DNA of 62,956 nucleotides, the filler included, from Atractiella rhizophila (taxonomy: Eukaryota), in the NCBI GenBank assembly GCA_021432655.1. It is 16 parts of 16 records of this genome, joined end to end, with 100 filler letters (N's around TTAATTAATTAA, not from the genome) between each part and the next. Parts side by side here need not be neighbours in the genome. Positions count along the whole stretch, not along the records: positions 49,673 to 53,629 come from MU272494.1; positions 53,730 to 57,639 come from MU272495.1; positions 57,740 to 61,644 come from MU272496.1; positions 61,745 to 62,956 come from MU272517.1; 12 more parts are not named here. One strand, written 5' to 3'. Numbering within the stretch: position 1 is the first letter of the stretch; every line of letters begins with the position of its first letter. This document shows, one piece after another, positions 51,901-62,956 of the stretch. Position numbers and translations under genes: made by a program. Under the pieces are notes generated by a model that worked only from the letters and a program-made list of their open reading frames with translations, ran no database searches and was not told the DNA's origin.

Positions 51901-53044
51901 CTCCGGACCTGCTATACTGTTTGATAGTCAACGGGATTCTGCTGAGATTGAGAGACTTGGATTGTTTTGCTGCATGAACAAGGGATGCTTTCTTGAGAGA
52001 GCTCACCGAGCTACATGGCTTTGACCTTGGAACTTAATCGAGTGCAGAACGAATTAATTGATGGATACAGGTTTATAGGCCGGTACTGGTCCCATCTGTT
52101 GTTGTATATGGTGGCATCCAGCTCAACTATGCTCCATAAAATATCTTCTGCTGCGACCTATTCTTGCTTTTTTTCATTTATTCCTGAACTTTCTAGAATA
52201 CTTCTTATCAAGTATATAAAGCGTGTGAAAGAGTGTTGTAATTATCATTCTCTCTATTCTACATGGCAATGGTCATGAGTCCAACAAGAATATAAACACG
52301 AAGCAGAAACCTAGCAAACGAGTAGGAATAGATGATGCATTTTGCATCGTCAGCGAAAGAAATACTCATTGGTGGGGCAGCACCGGACAGGAGGAAGAGA
52401 CGGAAGTTCAGGCTATTGGTCAAAATGGTGCATGCCTTGAACATAGCCTGAGGGGTCTTTGATGGCATCACTATAGCGGTTCTTAGTGGAGGGACGGAGA
52501 GAGGTGGTGGTTGACCTGTAGTCTCTCTCTTGTGGTGTCCATACATCTTAGCTACCACAGGTGCCTACTCAAGGAGAGAAAAGTCATCAGGGGAAACAAA
52601 ATGCGCAAGGAACTAAAGGAAGCAGAATGAATTGAAGTAAGAAGGCTGGTCGGGAAAAACAAAATAATAAGAGCATTAAAGTCAAGCAGATATTCACGAA
52701 ATCCAACAAAATATTAAAGTGGAACTGAGAATCAATAGAATCTACTTGTGCATTCAATCTCTCGCTCATTGAATGGCCTAAACTATCACACTTCCAGCTT
52801 TCGTATGTGCTGGGTTCGAATGCTGCTATGATACCACTATGACCAGCGCTCCCACCCTTATATTATAAGGGTAGGGTCCATAATGTGAATCAGTCATAAT
52901 GAAAAACAGCCATTATAATTTTAATGCTCAGACAAAGAAGCATAAGTCTGAATTTGATTGATGAGATGAGAACTAACCTAGTTTCCTGTCTTGGGTAAGG
53001 GTTTACGGGTCTGTTGCCCTTCCATTCATGCATCAAGATCTAAC

Positions 53045-53156
53045 CTCCTTCTCCAGCTCATCCAACCACTGACCCATGTCCAAGAGCTTCCCTTTGACAC
53101 AAGTGTGCAGGATCTTTAGCACATCCTCAATGCTAGACACATAACCATACCAACTT
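53045..53156 (-). pseudogene. CpG-decayed fragment of a Gti1/Pac2 (WOPR) transcription-factor domain
   Basis: SWYGYVSSIEDVLKILHTCVKGKLLDMGQWLDELEKE aligns by eye to the WOPR start (xxGYVxxxxDAxxxxxACxxGxLxxxxRRLxxxEx). Most mismatches are explainable as CpG transitions. Confidence 0.5.
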
Positions 53157-53729
53157 TGACATGAGGGTATTATAATTTATAACTCCTTACTTGCGGATGG
53201 TAGTTAGAGCTATTTGTCCCTTGTTAATGATGGTTGAAGTTTCTATGATTGACGTCTGAACGGCAAACAAGCCACATAGCAGCATTTCCTCATCCGCCTC
53301 ACTCACCTTGTTTGTCGCATATAACAAGCAACAAAGCAAGGGATACCCACTGGCCATATTTCTTGGAAAGACGGTGTCAGGTTTGCATCTTATGCAAATG
53401 CTCCAGTTCCTCTGTTTGCATTCTATGTGAATCATCGCCCCTCTGCATCTCCCGTCACCTGTTTTCAGGCAATGCAATCACCGCCCAGTCGCCCATCTGC
53501 GCTTACATCACCATTGTGTCTATTCTCCTCTTATTAACCGGGTGTAATCCTACTGTCACTTTCCCTTTTGGTTCTCTTACATGTTTCGTCTGCTATCCTC
53601 TACACTTTGTGGCAGTGTTATTTCACTTGNNNNNNNNNNNNNNNNNNNNNNNNNNNNNNNNNNNNNNNNNNNNTTAATTAATTAANNNNNNNNNNNNNNN
53701 NNNNNNNNNNNNNNNNNNNNNNNNNNNNN

Positions 53730-55212
53730 GTTCATCACGGGTGTTGGATGCGGGTGTGTTGCACTCCATTTTGCTTTTGAATTACTGATTGGACGAAACA
53801 ATGCAAGGATTTCCACCGTTGTTGTCCCTCTTTTCGTGTCCGAAATATCCCCGGCCAGGGTGAGAGGCTCAATCGGTATATTTCCATCATTCTTTTGCCC
53901 TCTTTCAACTCACGGGATTTGTTCGAGAACAGGCATATTGACCCAAGTCTCTATTGTGGTTGGGATCTTTATTGCACAGGCGGTGTCCATCCCACTCTCA
54001 AAGCCCTACACCTGGCGATATGTAATGGGTATTTCATGTCAGTCCCTTTCTTGCCCCTAGGATCGACTTAACAATCCAGCAGCTCTGATTGCTGTTGCAC
54101 AAGTAAGCAAGCAACATTCTTACTCGTCTAAACGCAGTTTCTCTTGACATGACTGATGCCTGGTAGTTTCTGGTTGCGTCTTACGTACCGAAAGAAACTG
54201 AACCAAACAAACTCGAAAGCGATGACGATACTGTGGCCAGGGAAGGGGACAGGGAGACCGGTTTGTCGTTGATAATTGAGAGCTTCTTTCTTTGAGCTGA
54301 CCTTTAGGCGTTCGAGATCCTCTGCTACAAGATGACGATCTAAGCACTCGCTCATCTACTTTAGCAGAAAGAGAAGAGAGCCGACCCACAATGACTCTGG
54401 GAGAGGTGTGGAGGACGGAAGAAAGTGCTGTGAGAAGAGGTTTTAGGGTCATTGTGTTCGCTCTTACTGGACAGCAACTCAGGTACGCTAGCTCTTGTTT
54501 TCATCCTTATGAGAGCTTGCTGAGCTGGGGATAGTGGCATAAATGCGGTGATGTATTATTCGACGGACATCATGAGTTCTGTCCTGGATTTAGGCAGCGC
54601 GAAATACATTTCGCTGTTCATCACCCTTGTCAACTTGCTCATGACTTTCCCTCCGATATTCCTTATTGATGTGCGTCTGTCATTTCACCAAATTTCACAA
54701 ACTTAGCCTGCTTCCAACTAGCGAGTAGGCAGAAAATCCCTTGTCCTTATTTCCATCTTCTTCATGACCGCTTGCTCCTTCATCCTTGCCATCTCAATCA
54801 CGGAGAATCAAGGCATCCTTTCTTCCATTGCCATTGTTGGTTTTGTGGCTGCCTTTTCCATTGGATTAGGCCCCATCCCATTCGTAATCATGGGAGAGAT
54901 TGTACCAAGCTACGTGAGCTTCTTGATAGCTTCAACTCTGCTCGTGCTAAGGAATGGAATAGGCAACTTCAGCCACCGGATCTGTTGCCCTGGCATCTAA
55001 TTGGACTACCAACTTCCTAGTTGTACGTCACTTTCATTTGGTGTTGACATCAGACGAAAAGGTGTAACCTCGACCCGGTACAGGGATTGCTCTTCCTTCC
55101 AATCAGAGATGCACTTAAAGGTTCGAACGGCGAAGGAGAAGGAAGGGTGTTTTACATCTTTGTTGGCACAGGAGTTTTTCTTTTCATCGGCTTGCTCAGA
55201 CTTTGGCGCTAG
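53730..55212 (+). CDS. MFS sugar porter (GLUT/Vvs1-like), 5'-truncated, multi-exon
   Basis: ITGVGCG|ISTVVVPLFVSEISPARVRGSIG, WRY, QQLS|GINAVMYYST, VGRKSL, FSIGLGPIPFVIMGEIVP and SNWTTNF, with a stop at 55212. Confidence 0.92.
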
Positions 55213-55431
55213 CCTAAAGATGAACTTTATCAAATGTCTTTGGACCTGTTTTGTTTGAACTGATTTAAGCAATGGACAATGGATGTCAAGAATCAAACAA
55301 ACGGTTAAAGTTCTGCCCCCTGATCCTGAATAAGCAGAACATTAAACCCCCGGCCGCACTTTGGTATCAAGCAGGCAAAGGATGATGGCGGCGGAGACGA
55401 AGTGCCTCTCCTGCCGCTACAACTATCCAGG

Positions 55432-57025
<1,594 letters not shown>

Positions 57026-57247
57026 GCTCTCAAAACTTGGAGATATGAGTTGCAGGCAATAATTTTGTGCTGGCGACCTTGAATAACTCGAACTCCTTGT
57101 ACCTCTGGTTGGGTTGAACAGTTGAGGACGCGTTTGGCTTTCTCTGTCGGGAGTAGTAAATGAGATTTGTCCGAACTTTAATTGCCACTTGACCACAGCT
57201 CTTTCCGTCTCTAACAAGTCGTTGTCCACCTTTCCAAGGAGACCATC

Positions 57248-57639
57248 ATGGCAAGCAATGCGACGATGAAAGAGTCCCTCTCCCTTGAGGAGACCAAGTT
57301 CGTGCTCTTCTTATCCTCAAATGGGTCTATTCTGATGGGGGATGGATTGTAGCAAGTTGCGTATTTCGATGGGTCTCAAGCCCTTGACTGCTAACGCTCC
57401 AGCAACTCTTACAGAGGACCAGAAAGCGGAGAAAAACTTCTCCACATATAGTGAGAATCTAGCGAAGGAGCGGCAGGCGAAAGAGCTCCAGGCTCGCTTG
57501 GACAAGGCGAGGAATAAACGGGAGCTAAGAGAGCGGTTGGGAGGCAGTGGGTTGGGAGACGGTGGAGAGGAAGATTTAAAGAGCTGGTTGAAAGGGACAA
57601 AGAAGAGGACGAAGCAGAAGGAACAGGAGCGATTGGATA
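57248..57639 (+). CDS. SNU66: U4/U6.U5 tri-snRNP protein Snu66/SART-1, 5' part
   Basis: N-terminal HIND motif ESLSLEETN|KLRISMGLKPL, followed by ...LGGSGLGD...DLKSWLK. Confidence 0.88.
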
Positions 57640-58529
57640 NNNNNNNNNNNNNNNNNNNNNNNNNNNNNNNNNNNNNNNNNNNNTTAATTAATTAANNNNN
57701 NNNNNNNNNNNNNNNNNNNNNNNNNNNNNNNNNNNNNNNCTCTTGAAATTTGCGCACTTTCCACCAAACTACCATGCGGGTGAACAGCTCAAACTCAAAG
57801 ACTGCGTTGAACAGCACCCATTAGTCCTCGATTTCGTGCAGACCATTCAAGCACGGCGGCTTCAGGAAAGCACAAATTATTGCAGGATTTAGCATGGGCA
57901 TCATTCGGCTCTGAATACTTCCACTTTAGTGGAACGTCTGCTCGAGGTCGACTATTCCGCCTGGCGCATTGACCTGAAGCAGCCGTTTCCGTCCTCATTT
58001 CTAAGACTCTCATACTCATGCAATGCTAGAATCGAGCGTTCAAAATAAGCTATAAAGCGAATACATTCCCATTGTGTATTCCACAGGAATCCGCCTCCTT
58101 TAAAGCTGAATGTCAGGAGGATAAGGAAATTGAAGGCTTGCACCACTCAGCACGAGTAACTGTATGCGCAATTGATACCGACGCGTTTATGCCAGAGAGC
58201 TTACGAAAGAAGCCGCGGAACGCTTTGTGTAATATAAAAAAATCATACATAACGCTCAGTCAGACAATTTGCGTTCTGGATAGCGTTTCACATCAATAAT
58301 CAAAGAGATCAAACACCCGTAATAATATGAGGAATGAGGCACGCACCACCAAGTCCTAGGGCCTTTTGGATAGCCTTTTACCTCGATTTCAACACTTTCC
58401 GCTCCTTCAGAGTGCACCTTAGGAGGCCATGAATGTTTAGCGACTCCAAGATTGTCGTTGAAGCTCAATAGACAACCTTGTAAGGGAAAAATGCGACCGC
58501 ATCTAACACAACCAACAACTTTGGGAGAA

Positions 58530-59630
58530 ATGGATTCTTCATCTGCGACAGAATCAACGACAGGTCTGCTCCAGAAACTGGAATCTTGTACGCGTTTTCT
58601 ACGAGTTATAGCTAAGACTGATCTTTAAAAGTGCAGTTTCTGGCGCGTAACGCTGAAGTTAAGGCAGCAATTGACGAGGTTTTGAACGTAATACAGGCGA
58701 GAAATGAGCTGCTGGACGAGCAAGAATTGGAAAGAGGGTGGCATGTTGTGGTTTCAGAGAGATTCAGTGCGTTTCTATTATATCAGAAGGCAGGAAGAAG
58801 TTGAAGGGACCTGTCAACGCATGCTTTACAACTGGCAGCATCTATTCAGGCTGTTGACTCGCAGCGTTACTAGAGTGCAATATAAAATCATTTTATCTCC
58901 AATCCGGCGCGTTACATATTATGTGTAGCTAACTATGAATCTCATGTCTAGTCTCGCGACATCAGCTGCGTCTCATCCCTTTGCTTCGTCCCTCCGCCTC
59001 AGTCCCGCGGACCGTTCCAATGTTAATCCTTTCTCGCATCGGGCGTACCTCACGTTCCCCATGGCTAAAGTACACTGTCCAGCAAGCGATGTTGCGGTGG
59101 TTGGTACAAACGTACGAATGGTGGAGTACCTCCGCGAGGATGGTCGTAGATCGGTTGTATTGTGCCGTATTCAGATGCTTGCAGATGGAAGAGTGTCGAA
59201 GGGATTCGTTCGCTTTGCTTTGGTTAATTACAAGAAAGGAACACATTCTGCATTATCGCGTTCGTTATCTGTGAGTCCTCCTTAATTCCTTATGGACATG
59301 AAGATGACTATCAGGGTTTGACACCAGACTTACTCTAAGGATGAATGGATGTCAAGACAGCGAGCTGGATCTCCTCCTTCGTCTATATGCTGAATACATC
59401 GATGAGCCGATCTTCTTCCAGTACCCATTTCGCCCATACCCCATAGTCTTCCCTGTACGTCGCAGGCTTGTTCTTTTCATTACTAGTCTAACCTCAAAAT
59501 AGTATCCAGACCCTCGTTGGAGAGAAGGAGTTCTTAAATCGCGCTCATGTGAGGTGGAGAATGTGAGAGCGTTCCTTGTCGGCGCAACCTCAGATGCTTA
59601 CAACAAATATCAGCCAAGTCGGTCTCTCTG
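58530..59630 (+). CDS. Unidentified multi-exon gene or pseudogene running into an internal gap
   Basis: ATG at 58530 and several well-formed plus-strand introns (GTACGC, GTGAGT, GTACGT..CTAAC..TAG). I could not assemble one uninterrupted frame. Confidence 0.3.
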
Positions 59631-60361
59631 NNNNNNNNNNNNNNNNNNNNNNNNNNNNNNNNNNNNNNNNNNNNNNNNNNNNNNNNNNNNNNNNNNNNNN
59701 NNNNNNNNNNNNNNNNNNNNNNNNNNNNNNNNNNNNNNNNNNNNNNNNNNNNNNNNNNNNNNNNNNNNNNNNNNNNNNNNNNNNNNNNNNNNNNNNNNNN
59801 NNNNNNNNNNNNNNNNNNNNNNNNNNNNNNNNNNNNNNNNNNNNNNNNNNNNNNNNNNNNNNNNNNNNNNNNNNNNNNNNNNNNNNNNNNNNNNNNNNNN
59901 NNNNNNNNNNNNNNNNNNNNNNNNNNNNNNNNNNNNNNNNNNNNNNNNNNNNNNNNNNNNNNNNNNNNNNNNNNNNNNNNNNNNNNNNNNNNNNNNNNNN
60001 NNNNNNNNNNNNNNNNNNNNNNNNNNNNNNNNNNNNNNNNNNNNNNNNNNNNNNNNTGCTCTTATGCCCCTCCTGCTAAATCATTAGTAGGAACAGCCCT
60101 CACTCTAGAAAAAGGGACGGATGACGCGGTATTCAACTATAAACGGCGTCTATTCCAGCTGGAACAGCTTCTACCCTTCCGCCTCGCTGTTCATCTTCTT
60201 CTCCTTCGGTCCTTAAAGCGTCTCTTCCTTCCCGACTAACCCATGGAACTCTGCTCACGTTTCTGACCACGATTGCAACTACTTCACCCGGAGGACGTTA
60301 AAAGAAAGAGTACTTTCGACTGGATTTGGCGTATCAGAAAGTTGTTTCAGAGCGAACTCTA

Positions 60362-60950
<589 letters not shown>

Positions 60951-61744
60951 CTAGAAGACTATTATAATTGTTCCCCACAGGATCTGTCGTTTCCGACGTC
61001 ATTCATACTCTATAAGTTGTTATTTTCACACATTGACTCGTTACAGCGAACCTTGAATGAAGATAATGATATACTTTGGGTAAGGACTGGTGTCATTCAG
61101 AACCAATGGCATGGTGACGGAAATACATGAAGTGTCCACCCAATTAGTTACAACGTAGGATGACTGTCGCGACAGGACAATAAGTTGCCAGCCTGCAGTA
61201 AGGGGTTGAATGGCAAAGCAACAGAGCATTTTCGGCAACATACATGGCAAGAATGCAATACATTATCAGCAAGAGCAAGTACACATTGGATATCGATCAT
61301 AGTTCTGATGAATGACATCGCCAAACAGACTTTCAGTCCGCTGGAAGTGATGATTTTCAGAAACCAACGACATGAATATAAGCGCCGCGTCAATATAGGC
61401 ATGGAGGAATGCAACATGACAAGTGTGCAGGAACAGGGGTCGCACATGTTCTCCGTTGCAATCCTCCACGTCGATAGGGAATGCTAAGATAACAGCATCT
61501 AGGCGAATATTGAAGGGGTATACCTGTCAGAACCATTGCATCAAAGGAGGTTGCAGCTATTCCCGCAGGAAAGCCGATTTTCCTTCAGCATAAAGATGCA
61601 AAGAACTGACTGATGGAGCGGGTTGCCATCTGGCAACCCATTAGNNNNNNNNNNNNNNNNNNNNNNNNNNNNNNNNNNNNNNNNNNNNTTAATTAATTAA
61701 NNNNNNNNNNNNNNNNNNNNNNNNNNNNNNNNNNNNNNNNNNNN

Positions 61745-62600
61745 TGATTTCTTCTTGAGGAAGGCAATTGTGCAATGGTTCATTGCTTCATCAATGAAGG
61801 TGACCCAATATCAATGTCCTTCTCTGGATGTGACTGGAAGAGGTCCATGTAGGTCTGAGCTGATCCTACCCAATATCTCCTTCTCCCTAATCTCTGGTGA
61901 CTTGTTGAAGACCCTGTGCTGCTTCCCAGCTAGGCATGGCTTGCAAATAGGGTCTGGATCATCCTCCAAGTCCAAAATCATCCCATTCACAAGTTCCTTC
62001 CTCTTCAGACGCTTGATGTCCTCATAATTAAGATGTCCAAGTCTTCTGTGCCACAGAGAGGCATCCATTGGCAGTGTAGAAGCATTTCCAGCAAATTCTG
62101 GAGCAGGAAGGGTGTTCCCATCAAGTATCCCAGCCATGCTTCCATTCTTGTAGTCCACAGTGGCAGTAAGGCAGAGTTTTTGACCCTGGAAGAAGAGAAC
62201 CTTGTTGTGCTTGATGGAGACCCTCATTCCCTTGTAGATGGTGAGCTTGAAGACTGATAGGAGGTTGTTGTAGAGCTTGGGGACATGTAGGACATCTGAG
62301 ATGGTAATGGTGATGGTCTTCTTCTCCCCCAACTTGGCTTCAAAGGACATGTAGGACATCTGAGATGGTAATGGTGATGGTCTTCTTCTCCCCCAACTTG
62401 GCTTCAAAGGTCAAGCTCCCAATCCCAGCACTCCAAATCACTTCTCCACTTGCTACCCTGATAGGAATGACCTTCTTGTGATAGGTTCTGAACCAATGAC
62501 GATGGGGAGACATGTGGGAAGTTCCACCAGTGTCTGCTATCCACTCAAGGCTTGCTTGAGGCATAGTGACGTCATTTGCTGCAGCAAGAGACTGTTCAGT
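61745..62600 (-). mobile_element. Ty1/Copia LTR-retrotransposon pol relic (protease, GAG-pre-integrase, integrase start)
   Basis: WIADTGGTSHMSP (protease), VLHVPKLYNNLLSV, LWHRRLGHLN, CKPCLAGK and ISSDLHGP...GH*YWVTFIDEA, in Copia domain order. There is an in-frame TGA at 61811-61813 and a frameshift. Confidence 0.95.
62281..62408. repeat. 64-bp perfect tandem duplication inside the Copia relic
   Basis: 62281-62344 is identical to 62345-62408. Confidence 0.95.
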
Positions 62601-62956
62601 CTAGCAAATTCCAACCCATTAAGAGCCATTTCCATCCCAAACATCCTCCTAGACCCTGTGGTTGAGTCCTAAGATCCCCTGATGTGATGCAGAAAGGGTG
62701 ATGGGGCTGATGTGATGATGATGTGATGGTGGCAAATTTCGAAATTTTGACTCTTCTGATCAAGGTGATCTGTTGTAGGATAGTAAAATGGCCTATTGTG
62801 AATCCAATGGCGATAAAATTGTCTAGATCAGACCAGATCTGACTTCAAAAAGTCGAAAAATGTGTTTTGGGGGTATGAATGAGGTGATGGAGTGGCTATC
62901 TCGAAATTTTCGCTTATTGTGACCAAGATGGTTCCTAGTAAAGTTGTAGCGCAGTG

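Noticed and set aside
49673..52000. Possible LINE endonuclease end (SNHLPIS) and hAT-like LKF.RSKTNEYPT fragments
   Set aside because: These are isolated motif-like words in stop-ridden frames. The region is probably decayed repeat DNA, but no family can be supported.
52765..52836. B-box-like GGTTCGAAT followed by ACCA (possible tRNA or SINE head)
   Set aside because: The T-stem, acceptor stem and anticodon stem do not pair. At best it is an unrecognisable relic.
59631..60056. ORFs 59554-60087 and 59576-60079
   Set aside because: They consist almost entirely of an internal scaffold gap (Ns).
61185..61487. ORF with THWISIIV resembling a Ulp1/C48 protease His motif
   Set aside because: No convincing Asp or Q..DCG catalytic motif follows, and one short motif is insufficient.

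Overview
This is eukaryotic, intron-rich fungal DNA, most consistent with a basidiomycete. The evidence is GT/GC-AG introns of mostly 45-65 nt with CTRAY-type branch sites, plus Brh2-type BRCA2, a long Ssk1, Rab2 and Plavaka/DUF6698/DUF6534-type sequences. The window is not one locus. It holds 16 unrelated contigs of about 4 kb, joined by artificial 100-nt linkers (N44-TTAATTAATTAA-N44) in strictly decreasing length order, so neighbours across linkers are not linked. Recognisable genes, many cut by contig ends: Ssk2 MAPKKK, an ABCC transporter N-terminus, Ssk1 response regulator, Rrn3, an intron-containing tRNA-Ile(UAU), a DUF6534-type membrane protein, the Brh2/BRCA2 C-terminus, a divergent CK2 alpha, a family III CoA-transferase, a coiled-coil (Uds1-like) protein, a multicopper oxidase, three TRP14/DUF953 thioredoxin-like copies (two inside a 1023-bp tandem duplication), an MFS sugar porter, WDR5/Swd3 and Snu66/SART-1. 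Mobile DNA includes a decayed Plavaka-type transposase head-to-head with a DUF6698-like gene, two hAT relics and a Copia relic; the hAT and Copia relics show heavy CpG-to-TpG decay. Two fragments are missed by the ORF track: an intron-containing, 3'-truncated Rab2-like GTPase and a CpG-decayed Gti1/Pac2 (WOPR) fragment. I see no clearly new biological system. The best leads are the Plavaka/DUF6698 two-gene module, the host-gene fragments, the WCPFC thioredoxin paralog with a GC-AG intron in its active-site codon, and the divergent CK2 alpha. All family assignments come from motif recognition by eye, not database searches.
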